Shown here: piece after piece, positions 9,081 through 17,184 of the stretch
Layout of the letters: the number at the start of each line of letters is the position of its first letter
Position numbering within the stretch: position 1 is the stretch's first letter
DNA from: Verrucomicrobiia bacterium
Lineage (GTDB): Bacteria; Omnitrophota; Omnitrophia; Omnitrophales; Aquincolibacteriaceae
Direction: 5' to 3'
Assembly: GCA_035495615.1 (NCBI GenBank)
Contig: DATJFP010000092.1
Location: forward strand, 6,914-70,913
Length of the DNA: 64,000 nt
The notes under the pieces: model-generated
The model's database searches: none
Seen by the model: only the letters and a program-made list of their open reading frames with translations
What the model was told of the DNA's origin: nothing
Position numbers and translations under genes: made by a program

Positions 9081-10102
9081 TAATTATTCTTCCCCCCGGA
9101 GATGAACCCGCCGTCTTTGCTGCCGAAGCCGAGTTCATAAACGGCCGCGGCCTGGAAGAGCGGGCCCACGAGCCTCGAGAAACCGTTGACGAACCGGTCG
9201 AAGTAGCGCTGATGCACGACGAGCGTGTCGCCCGGCTGGAGCAGGAAGTCTTCCGCCGAGTCGCCTTTTTCGATCAGTTTCTTCAAATCAACTTTTTTCT
9301 TCGCGGCCTTGTCATTGTCGCGGAATTCCGAAGGACGGATGACATAAACGCGCTTGAGCGAGCCGTCCATGCGGGGAAGGCCCGCGGCCACGATGGCTTC
9401 TTTCACCGTAATCTTATTGCCCTTCATGGCGAACTTGCCGGGCCGGTTAACGAAGCCGAACACGTAGATGTTCTTGCTGCGGTATTCCGAGATCATGACG
9501 GCCACGTCGGGATAACGCACATATTCTTTCAGGCGCTCGGTGATGTCAGCCTTCAGCTCTTCTTTCGTCTTGCCTTCGGCCTTGACGTCGCCGACGAAGT
9601 TGTACTGGATGTTGCCGTTCGGGTCCACGATGTAGCGGCCCGAGAAATCAGGCTGGTTGCGGACGATGATCGTGACCACGTCGTCCACGCCCAGGGTGTA
9701 ATCGGAGCCTTCGCCGATGATTTCGACGTAGGGCGAGTACTTAGAATACGGGGAGACTTCATTGGCCGCGTAGGGATCGTTCGCACCCTGCTGCGGCTGC
9801 TGCGCGTAGGCCGGCATCATCTGGCCCTGCTGATAAGCCGTGGGCGGAGCGGACATGGGAGACCCCATGGGGCCGTAAGGAGAGCTCATGAAGCTCGCAT
9901 ACGGGCTGAATTGCGTCTGGTAGTTGGTGCTGTATCCCACGGAAGCCACGGGATAATCCCCCACTACAGCGCTGGTGCCATTCATATCGGTGCCGCTGTC
10001 ATTGCCGCGGTACGCGAGCGGCTCGGCCGAAACATAGGGCACGGCCAGAATCATCACCAGCACGCTGGCGGCCCCTTTTATTAGTGCAGTCTTTAATTTC
10101 AT
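9080..10102 (-). CDS. polysaccharide export protein (Wza/KpsD family: Poly_export + SLBB domains), with signal peptide
   Basis: Poly_export core YTLGVDDVVTIIV...YIVDPNGNIQYNFVGDVKAEGKTKEEL and SLBB-like ITVKEAIVAAGL...LQPGDTLVV. The likely start is MKLKTALIKG (ATG at 10102) with a signal peptide. An N-terminal S/Y/P/Q-rich low-complexity linker follows. The ORF extends to 10141. Confidence 0.85.
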   Translation of the reverse strand: MKLKTALIKGAASVLVMILAVPYVSAEPLAYRGNDSGTDMNGTSAVVGDYPVASVGYSTNYQTQFSPYASFMSSPYGPMGSPMSAPPTAYQQGQMMPAYAQQPQQGANDPYAANEVSPYSKYSPYVEIIGEGSDYTLGVDDVVTIIVRNQPDFSGRYIVDPNGNIQYNFVGDVKAEGKTKEELKADITERLKEYVRYPDVAVMISEYRSKNIYVFGFVNRPGKFAMKGNKITVKEAIVAAGLPRMDGSLKRVYVIRPSEFRDNDKAAKKKVDLKKLIEKGDSAEDFLLQPGDTLVVHQRYFDRFVNGFSRLVGPLFQAAAVYELGFGSKDGGFISGGKNN

Positions 10103-10130
10103 GGAATCCATCCTCACTTTGTCCGGGAAT

Positions 10131-10325
10131 TTAAATCTCATAAACGGAGTTCACAAGCCTTTCCAGCGCGTCCAGGTCTTCTTGCATGTAAACACGCCAG
10201 CCTTTCCAATCACGCTTGGGCTTTTTGACCTTGCCGGCCTTTTCCCACCGCATGATGGTCTTCGTGGTAACGCCGATCTTTTCCGCGACTTCTGTTATGG
10301 TGTAGCGGCCATTATCTTTCAACAC
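10131..10325 (-). CDS. small excisionase/MerR-type helix-turn-helix (HTH_17) DNA-binding protein
   Basis: 64 aa. YTITEVAEKIGVTTKTIMRWEKAGKV matches the HTH_17/excisionase-family motif. It overlaps the wza-like start by about 10 nt. Confidence 0.65.
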   Translation of the reverse strand: MLKDNGRYTITEVAEKIGVTTKTIMRWEKAGKVKKPKRDWKGWRVYMQEDLDALERLVNSVYEI

Positions 10326-10746
10326 AATTCCTCCCTGAATGACTCAAGACTATTAACTCAGTGCAATTCCTGACATTTCCAACTATGTCCTGGAGTGTCC
10401 AACTATGTACATGAATTATGCCAATCAGCAAAACCCTGAAAATATAATCACGGGTGTCTACGGATGTTTATTGTTGCTAGCGATCGCTCGTTTACCGTTG
10501 GGCCATTTCATCATCCGCAGACGGGCGGGATGTCTAAAAAATTAAACATCGTGGAAATAACTTAACGTATCTTATTGATACCAAATGAGTTATTTCATCA
10601 ATGTCAAAGACCCAACGAATGTCGATTTATTTCATCAAGCGGAAAACGATATTAGGCGGAAGCTTACCACCTGACTTTAGAAATTGCAAATCAGGGAGTA
10701 AAAAAAGTGTCCCATTAAGGGGAAAATAAGGGGGGACAGTCCTGGA
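10326..10746 (-). promoter_or_regulatory. AT-rich non-coding control region upstream of HTH/EPS genes with two pairs of direct repeats
   Basis: Markedly AT-rich compared with flanking DNA and has no ORF. TCCAACTATGT occurs twice (10378-10388 and 10398-10408). TTATTTCATCAA occurs twice (10590-10601 and 10627-10638). Confidence 0.4.
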
Positions 10747-11247
10747 CTATCGGCGGGAATGCTTGTTCATGGTCCGGGAATGCATGTCGGTCTTCAGGCA
10801 GGCCACGCGATCCAGGAAAAGAACGCCGTTCAAGTGGTCGATCTCGTGCTGGACGCAGATGGCTTCGATACCCTGAAACTTACTTTCGTGCTCCCGGCCG
10901 TCGGCGGATTGCCACCGGGCCGTGACGCTGTCATAACGTTTGAGATCCGCCGTGTAATCCGGGAGGCTCATGCACCCTTCCCGGCTCAGGATTTCTCGGC
11001 CCTGTTCAAGGATCCGGGGATTGACCAGGACGATGAGCGACGCGCCGGGAACGCGCGGCGAAACATCGACCAGAGCCACGGCGCGGCCGTCGCCGATCTG
11101 CGGCGCGGCAATGCCGATGCCGTGTTTCTGAGCACGCATGATCTTTTCCAGTTTACGCACGAGCTGCGCGAGCGAGGCATCGAACGCTGTCACGGGGCGC
11201 GCCTTTTGCCGCAGCACGGGATCGGGGAAAAAGCGGATTTCAGACAC
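10747..11247 (-). CDS. def: peptide deformylase
   Basis: Contains the three PDF motifs GIGIAAPQIG, EGCMSLP and QHEIDHLNG. Confidence 0.95.
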   Translation of the reverse strand: MSEIRFFPDPVLRQKARPVTAFDASLAQLVRKLEKIMRAQKHGIGIAAPQIGDGRAVALVDVSPRVPGASLIVLVNPRILEQGREILSREGCMSLPDYTADLKRYDSVTARWQSADGREHESKFQGIEAICVQHEIDHLNGVLFLDRVACLKTDMHSRTMNKHSRR

Positions 11248-11248
11248 G

Positions 11249-11788
11249 TCAAAACCGCAAGGATTCTACAGGCTTCCAGTGAATGTCGATGCGCAGGCTG
11301 CGGCGCAGCTTTTCCAGGCCCGCTTCGATCGTCCGTTTCGAAAATCCCCGTGGGACGTCGACTTCAAGGACCAGAACGTAAATCCCCTGCCTGCCCTGGG
11401 CCACGATCTTGGAATTCAGGTCCGTGATGTTCAACCTGCGGCCCGCGAAAAAACGGCTGACGTGGTAGACGATGCCCGTGCGGTCTTTGCCCGCCGCCGT
11501 CAGGATGTACCGGTCTGTCGCCTTTTGCTTTTTTGATTTGGCGCGAGCGAGACGCTTCCAGTTGATGGAAAGCCCGGCGCGGCGCCCCAGCGCTTCCAGG
11601 GCCTTGCGGACTCTCGGTTCGGCCCCGCCCGCGGCGAGCGAGACGATCAGGATCATCGCGAACTCACGTTCGAGGATGGTCATGCTGACGTCTTCCAGGT
11701 TTCCTTTTTGCTTGAAAAGAACGCCCGTGACTTCGGCGATGATGCCGGGTTTATCGTTTCCGGTCACGCTGATGACGGCATGCGGCAT
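11249..11788 (-). CDS. tandem ACT-domain regulatory protein (GcvR-like)
   Basis: Two ACT-like modules (VISVTGNDKPGIIAEVTGVL and YILTAAGKDRTGIVYHVSRFF). The start was moved to the ATG at 11788, which is preceded by GGAGGA. The longer ORF to 11941 overlaps the upstream gene. Confidence 0.65.
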   Translation of the reverse strand: MPHAVISVTGNDKPGIIAEVTGVLFKQKGNLEDVSMTILEREFAMILIVSLAAGGAEPRVRKALEALGRRAGLSINWKRLARAKSKKQKATDRYILTAAGKDRTGIVYHVSRFFAGRRLNITDLNSKIVAQGRQGIYVLVLEVDVPRGFSKRTIEAGLEKLRRSLRIDIHWKPVESLRF

Positions 11789-11825
11789 GGCTTCCTCCGT
11801 GATGGCAAGATGGGTCAGGTTGGGG

Positions 11826-13361
11826 TTATTCGGGCCGGTGCGGCGATGCGTCCACGGGGGCCCGCCACCACGCATCGGAAGGAGCTTCTTCTTTCTCGGC
11901 GGCGGGTTCCGGAGGCTGCTCCTCCGGATGGGCCGCGGCATAAGCGCTGATCTTGGCCTCGACGTAATCCGAATCGATTTTTAAATTCGCGTTCGGCAAA
12001 AGCCCGCGGTACATGAACGGCAGCACCATGCGGCCGTGCTCGTTCACAAGGCCGCCCAGCGACGGGAACTCGTCCAAGACCATTTGCGTGAGTTTTTCCA
12101 TCAGCACGATCTTGCCCTGCATGTCGAGCTGATGGTCTGCCAGCGAAACTTTACCTTCGGCTTCGATCGCATAACTTTCATGCTTCACCATCGCGTCACG
12201 GACAAAGGCCTGCCCCTGCACCACTTCGATGTTGGCTTGCGCAATATCAAACGGCAGTTTTTTTTCTTCCAGCACCGTGGCGAAAACGAGGAGGTTGAAT
12301 TCCGGCGATTTCCGTTTCCCGCCCGCGGCGTCTAAGGCCAGCGCCAGCGACTCCCGCACGATGTTTTTTTCGATGAAACGCCCTTTACGAATATCGACGG
12401 CGCCTTTCAACGCGGATTCCGGCAGCACCTCGCTCAGCTTCGTCAAAGGGCTGCGGCCTTCCAGATGCGCGGTCATCTCCCCTTCCAGGTAATCGTTTTC
12501 AATACCGAGAAGCTCCATGACGCGCTGGAAGCTGATGCCCGAAGATTCGATTTCCCCCTCGAATTGCGGCTTGCCGCGCAGGAAAGGCTTGATCTCGCCT
12601 TCGAACATCAGTGTCTCGTCCGCATCGCTCATGGCTGCGGAAAAAGAATCCTCGGCCGGCTGGTAAACGCCCTGCAGGCTGTAGGTCTGCGCCGGCGCGT
12701 CTTGCGGGCTGCCGACGGCATCCACCTGCCAGGCTCCGCCTTTCTGCGCTTCGGCCAGAAAATGAACAGAATAGGCCGCGGCCGGACCGCCGGATTTCCG
12801 GTCGGGGCGGAAAATCACCGTAGCTTCGCTAGCCGTCATGGACTGCAGGACGAACTCCCAGCTCGAAGGATCACGGAAATCAGGAATTTTCGGCATCGGC
12901 AGTTTTTGCGCGAGTCTTCCGCCCGCGGGCTGAGGCGGCACGGCGACGCTGAGATCGATGTAGGGTTTAGTGAACTCGAGATTTTCCGCGATGAAGCGGC
13001 CTGAAAAAAGGCCGCGCCAGCTCAAGGTGACTACAGCCTGAGGCGCGGACAATACCGTTTCATGCGTCACGGGCGCGGAAACGCGGAGACCTTCGGCAAT
13101 AATTTTGGGCTGGCGGCCGGGGCGGATGGAAATCGTGCCCAAATCCACATCGCAGGAAAACGTGCGGGCCAGCGATTCTTCGATGCTCTTGCGGAAAGAT
13201 TCCGTGGAATAAAGCGTGGTGGTGGCCAGCATGGAGAAAAAAGACGCGGCCAGGCACAGCGCGAGCAGCAGCGGCGGAATCAGGAGCAGCGGGTTTTTCG
13301 CCTCACCCGGATCAAGAGACCGGTGGAGGTGATACCGGGGCTTGTGAAAAGTTTTCTTCAT
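11826..13361 (-). CDS. AsmA-family / large periplasmic protein with N-terminal membrane anchor
   Basis: 511 aa. Has an N-terminal TM helix (LLLIPPLLLALCLAASFF) and a long beta-rich body. The AsmA-like assignment is by architecture only. Confidence 0.4.
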   Translation of the reverse strand: MKKTFHKPRYHLHRSLDPGEAKNPLLLIPPLLLALCLAASFFSMLATTTLYSTESFRKSIEESLARTFSCDVDLGTISIRPGRQPKIIAEGLRVSAPVTHETVLSAPQAVVTLSWRGLFSGRFIAENLEFTKPYIDLSVAVPPQPAGGRLAQKLPMPKIPDFRDPSSWEFVLQSMTASEATVIFRPDRKSGGPAAAYSVHFLAEAQKGGAWQVDAVGSPQDAPAQTYSLQGVYQPAEDSFSAAMSDADETLMFEGEIKPFLRGKPQFEGEIESSGISFQRVMELLGIENDYLEGEMTAHLEGRSPLTKLSEVLPESALKGAVDIRKGRFIEKNIVRESLALALDAAGGKRKSPEFNLLVFATVLEEKKLPFDIAQANIEVVQGQAFVRDAMVKHESYAIEAEGKVSLADHQLDMQGKIVLMEKLTQMVLDEFPSLGGLVNEHGRMVLPFMYRGLLPNANLKIDSDYVEAKISAYAAAHPEEQPPEPAAEKEEAPSDAWWRAPVDASPHRPE

Positions 13362-13806
13362 AGGACCAGATTCCTTGGGCTTTTTTCTTGGCTTCGTCTT
13401 CGAGCCGGAGAAAACCGTCGAGCTCCTGGCAGGGTTTCGAGCGGTCGACCTTGGCCGCGCCGAGAAACAGCAGAAGCTCGTTCACCATGACTTTCTTTTC
13501 CCGCGTCTTGAATTTGTCCGCAAAGGGCATGTCGATTTCCGACGTATTCACAAAAAGGTACGCGGGCACGGGGCCTTCCGCCGGAGCCGTATCCGGGCGG
13601 ACTTCGATGTCTTTCCCGCCTAAAAGAATGGGCAAAAGGCGGAGGGTTTCCTCGGGAAGCTCCAGGCCTGCGAGCTGTACGGTTTGGCCGTTATCCAACG
13701 CCAGACTGCCGTCCGGATGAATCGAGGAAACTTTCTCGGCCCAAAGACGCGGCACAACGCTCAAAAAAACCACCAACACTAGGAGTAACGTCTTCACAGA
13801 GGCCAT
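13312..13806 (-). CDS. secreted thermonuclease (SNase)-like protein
   Basis: Signal peptide MASVKTLLLVLVVFLSVVPRLWA. The DGSLALDNGQTVQLAGLELPE segment resembles the SNase DGDT...RLxGIDxPE motif. Confidence 0.4.
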   Translation of the reverse strand: MASVKTLLLVLVVFLSVVPRLWAEKVSSIHPDGSLALDNGQTVQLAGLELPEETLRLLPILLGGKDIEVRPDTAPAEGPVPAYLFVNTSEIDMPFADKFKTREKKVMVNELLLFLGAAKVDRSKPCQELDGFLRLEDEAKKKAQGIWSYEENFSQAPVSPPPVS

Positions 13807-13838
13807 TCTGCCCCACCCGGCTGTGAAATCAAAGGGGT

Positions 13839-14270
13839 TTATTCCAGCACGGCGGCAGACGGCGCCGGAGCCTCAGTTTCGGGAGCCGGAAACTTTTTGT
13901 AGCGGATCATTTCTCCCCGCGCATGGATATAGCCTTCCGGAAAAACGCTGGAAGCAGGATCCGGCCAATACGTGACGTTCACCACGGCATTGGCGCCGTA
14001 ACGGTTTTTGGCGGTGCGGGCAAGCGTATCCTTCAATTTGTTTTTGTACATCTCCGCGCGCGAGGTGTCGGCCCTTCCCAGGGTTACGGCCTCTTTCGTC
14101 ATGCCGGTAAGAACCGGCGCGATACGGCAGGCGCGTTCCTGGACTTCAAGAGTTCCGAGCGTATCGTACGGCGCGGAAGCCGGAGCTTCCACGGCACGCA
14201 CCTTTTCCGTGCGCGCGCAGCCGGAAAAAGCAAAGATGAGAATCATGACGGGAACGATTTTTTTTTGCAT
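13839..14270 (-). CDS. hypothetical lipoprotein
   Basis: Signal peptide with a lipobox-like IFAFSGC. 143 aa. Confidence 0.5.
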   Translation of the reverse strand: MQKKIVPVMILIFAFSGCARTEKVRAVEAPASAPYDTLGTLEVQERACRIAPVLTGMTKEAVTLGRADTSRAEMYKNKLKDTLARTAKNRYGANAVVNVTYWPDPASSVFPEGYIHARGEMIRYKKFPAPETEAPAPSAAVLE

Positions 14271-14329
14271 AAGGCCTCCTGTGGGGACCTTAGGATATCG
14301 GTTTTTGATGGTAAAACCTTGAGGGGCTG

Positions 14330-15658
14330 TTACTTAGCCTTGCGGAGCTGCTTCTCCGCCCAAGCCAGGGCCTCGGCCTTGCCGGGAAAAGCCCCTTCCA
14401 GCTGCAGGGTATAAGCCTCGTCCAGAATCTCCCGGATCAGCGGCCCAGGCGCGGCTCCCATGGCCAGCAGGTCATGGCCGTTGAGGAGCGGCTTGGGCTT
14501 GAGCTGCTCCTCCGCGAAAGCCGCCCGCTTCTGTTTGAGGAAGTCATAATTGTCGAGCTTGCCGTGGCTGGAAAGACAGTCGATGCGGTGCAATTCCAGC
14601 TCTTCCCCGAAATTGTCGCGGGCGATAAAACGCATGAGCTTCCCCTCGCGCATTTTCTGCACGTCCGCGAATTTCATGTGGTTTTCCACGGCTTCCGAGA
14701 CTTTGTCGATTTCTTCATTTGAGAACCGCAGACGCTTCATGATCTCACGCGTCATCTTGGCGCCGATGGGCGCATGCTCGTAAAAACAGATCTTGCCGTT
14801 GCGAATCGCATACGTGACCGGTTTGGCCACGTCGTGGAAAAGCGCGGAAAGCGCGAGCGTTGCCGAGGGCTCGTTCAGTTTTTCCAGCAGCATGCGCGTG
14901 TGAATGAACACGTCGCCTTCCGGATGGTATTGCGGCGGCTGCTCCACGCCCTTCATGGCTTCGAGTTCCGGCAGGATGACTTTTAGAAGACCGGACTCGG
15001 ACAAAAGCGAAAAACCACGGGCCGCGCCTGTTCGAGTCAGAATTTTTACGACTTCGTCGCGGATGCGCTCCGGACTGACGCACCGGATCTCGGCCGCCAT
15101 TTTTTTCACGGCGTTCCAGGTTTCCGGCTCAATCTCGAAGCCGAGCACCGAAGCAAACCGGACGGCCCTTAAAAGTCTCAGCTTGTCTTCTTCAAAGCGC
15201 TTTTCCGGTTCACCAATCGCGCGGATGACCTTCTTTTTCAAATCCTCGCCGCCGCCCACGAAATCAATGACTTTTTCTTCGAAGGGGTCATAGAAAAGAC
15301 CGTTCACCGTAAAATCGCGGCGCGCCGCATCTTCCTTCGGGCCCGTAAAGCTGACGTGGGTTGGGTGCCGGCCGTCCTGATAGCCGCCTTCGGTACGAAA
15401 CGTGGCCACTTCGAAAACATGCTCGCCTTCTTCCACGACGAGCATGACGCCGAATTGCTTGCCGACCGGGATCGTGCGGGGAAAAAGCTTTTCGATTACG
15501 TCCGGAACCGCGGACGTCGCCACGTCGAAATCCTGAGGCGGCTTCTTCATCAGATGATCGCGGACGCAGCCGCCGGCGAAATAAGCCGTATGGCCCGCTT
15601 TACGCAGAGTGTCCGCGATGCGGACGGCTTTTTTTGCGAGTTCGGAGGTCAGATCCAT
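14330..15658 (-). CDS. cca: CCA-adding tRNA nucleotidyltransferase / poly(A) polymerase family with HD domain
   Basis: GGCVRD and DFDVAT polymerase-beta motifs, RRDFTVN, and an HD motif LFHDVAKP. The start was moved to the ATG at 15658 (MDLTSELAKK). The ORF extends to 15952 with an Arg/Ser-rich junk N-terminus. Confidence 0.85.
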   Translation of the reverse strand: MDLTSELAKKAVRIADTLRKAGHTAYFAGGCVRDHLMKKPPQDFDVATSAVPDVIEKLFPRTIPVGKQFGVMLVVEEGEHVFEVATFRTEGGYQDGRHPTHVSFTGPKEDAARRDFTVNGLFYDPFEEKVIDFVGGGEDLKKKVIRAIGEPEKRFEEDKLRLLRAVRFASVLGFEIEPETWNAVKKMAAEIRCVSPERIRDEVVKILTRTGAARGFSLLSESGLLKVILPELEAMKGVEQPPQYHPEGDVFIHTRMLLEKLNEPSATLALSALFHDVAKPVTYAIRNGKICFYEHAPIGAKMTREIMKRLRFSNEEIDKVSEAVENHMKFADVQKMREGKLMRFIARDNFGEELELHRIDCLSSHGKLDNYDFLKQKRAAFAEEQLKPKPLLNGHDLLAMGAAPGPLIREILDEAYTLQLEGAFPGKAEALAWAEKQLRKAK

Positions 15659-15677
15659 GTTTGGAATTTCCGGAAGG

Positions 15678-15998
15678 TTACGAGCCGAAAAAATCGCGGG
15701 CTTTTTTCTGGCCGACGGCTTTTTGAAAATCGCCGTAGTCGATGAAGACCATCTCCGGCCTTTTCTCCCGGATGCGGCGCACGGTGGTGAAACGCTCGCC
15801 CTGATGGGTCTCGATCCGGCGGCTCGTGATGTATTTGAACGGAACCCCGCATTCCGGGCAGGACGTGGCCGTGTAACCGTCGATCCCGAGCGCGCGGCAG
15901 GCCGAACAATCCGCCGACAAATCGCCCATGATGAGCAAATGCTTTTCCACATCCTCCAGGTCGAACTCCTGATACACGCGAAGATAATGTCTGGCCAT
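15678..15998 (-). CDS. small zinc-ribbon protein (two CxxC pairs)
   Basis: 106 aa with CSAC...CPEC. Tightly packed between neighbouring genes (17-20 nt gaps). Confidence 0.4.
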   Translation of the reverse strand: MARHYLRVYQEFDLEDVEKHLLIMGDLSADCSACRALGIDGYTATSCPECGVPFKYITSRRIETHQGERFTTVRRIREKRPEMVFIDYGDFQKAVGQKKARDFFGS

Positions 15999-16014
15999 AC
16001 GCCTCCCGCCTGCT

Positions 16015-16572
16015 TTAGATCCGGTACACTTTGTCGCCCACGGACACGTCGCTCTTGACCTCCAGGCCGATCTCCTCGCCCGGACGCCCCTGGTCGATCG
16101 GAATCCTGTTGATCTGCATGGACTTCACTTTTTGCCTTATCTTACCCGATTTTCCGAGGATCACAATAGAATCCCCAAGGTCGAGCGGCTCCTCCAGCTT
16201 GAGGACCGCCGCGTGGACTTTGGGAAAATAATGCGTCAAGTTGCCCACATAAGTTCCCGGCGCCTCGTCTTTCGGGAGAGCTTTGGCGGAAACCTTTGCG
16301 GGGCGCACCGGTTTGGTCTCAGTCTTCAACTTGGCCTTGGCTTTTACGACAGGCAGCTTTGCCGGCCTTGGGCTGGGCTTGGGCGCGGGCGCCTTCTTCT
16401 TGGGCTTGGAAGCTTTTTTCTGTTTTACGGGACGGGCAGCGGCCCGCCTGGCTTTGGGCCTGGCCTTTTTACGAGGAGCTCTGATCCTGCGCCTCTTTTT
16501 TTTGCGCGGCGGTTTCCCCGACCATAGGGACAAACCGGACAGGAATCGTTTCAATTTTTTTAAAATGCCCAC
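16015..16572 (-). CDS. histone H1-like Lys/Pro/Ala-rich basic N-terminus fused to EF-Tu domain-2-like beta-barrel
   Basis: N-terminus is KKKRRRIRAPRKKARPKARRAAARPVKQKKASKPKKKAPAPKPSPRPAKLPVVKAKAK. C-terminus is GNLTHYFPKVHAAVLKLEEPLDLGDSIVILGKSGKIRQKVKSMQINRIPIDQGRPGEEIGLEV. The start is uncertain because the listed ATG start overlaps the pcm 3' end by about 100 nt. Confidence 0.4.
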   Translation of the reverse strand: MGILKKLKRFLSGLSLWSGKPPRKKKRRRIRAPRKKARPKARRAAARPVKQKKASKPKKKAPAPKPSPRPAKLPVVKAKAKLKTETKPVRPAKVSAKALPKDEAPGTYVGNLTHYFPKVHAAVLKLEEPLDLGDSIVILGKSGKIRQKVKSMQINRIPIDQGRPGEEIGLEVKSDVSVGDKVYRI

Positions 16573-17107
16573 CTTGCTTGACTCCCAGGATAAGGTGCTG
16601 CTGATCGCTGCCGACAGGGATGATCATTTTCCCTCCGTCTCTTAATTGATCGGCCAAAGTCGGCGGAATTTTATCGGGAGCCGCCGACACGAGGATTTTA
16701 TCGAACGGCGCTTTTTCCGGCCATCCCTCCCACCCGTTGCCGAGACGAAGGTGCACATGCTTGCAGCGCAGGCGTTTCAGACGCGCGGCAGCCTCCTGAT
16801 GCAGCGTCTCTACGATCTCCACGCTGAAGACTTCCGCACCCAGTTCGGCGAGCACCGCAGTTTGATAGCCCGAGCCGGTCCCGATTTCGAGAACGCGCTC
16901 GCCGGGGCACACCTCGAGCGCCTGCGTCATAAATGCCACGATGTATGGCTGGGAAATCGTCTGCCCCGCACCGATGCAAACGGGACCGTCCTCGAAAGCC
17001 TGGCCGCGCACCGGTTCCGGAATAAACAAAGGCCGCGGGACTTTACGCATGGCCTGCAGGATTTGCGGGGAATGAATGTCACGGGTTTCGAGCTGGCGGG
17101 CCACCAT
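16469..17107 (-). CDS. pcm: protein-L-isoaspartate O-methyltransferase
   Basis: GQTISQPY and VLEIGTGSGYQTA SAM motifs. The start was moved to the ATG at 17107. The ORF extends to 17335. Confidence 0.9.
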   Translation of the reverse strand: MVARQLETRDIHSPQILQAMRKVPRPLFIPEPVRGQAFEDGPVCIGAGQTISQPYIVAFMTQALEVCPGERVLEIGTGSGYQTAVLAELGAEVFSVEIVETLHQEAAARLKRLRCKHVHLRLGNGWEGWPEKAPFDKILVSAAPDKIPPTLADQLRDGGKMIIPVGSDQQHLILGVKQGGHFKKIETIPVRFVPMVGETAAQKKEAQDQSSS

Positions 17108-17184
17108 GAGGCGGAGGTGTTCTTGAAGCGAAGGATCGGGATCTCGTGTCACAAGTACCTCGGGAGGCCTCCCCCCGGACGGCC

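Noticed and set aside
7650-9083. Plus-strand ORF 7650-9083 (477 aa)
   Set aside because: Antisense to the Wzz-like gene and the micro-ORF region, with no recognisable motifs.
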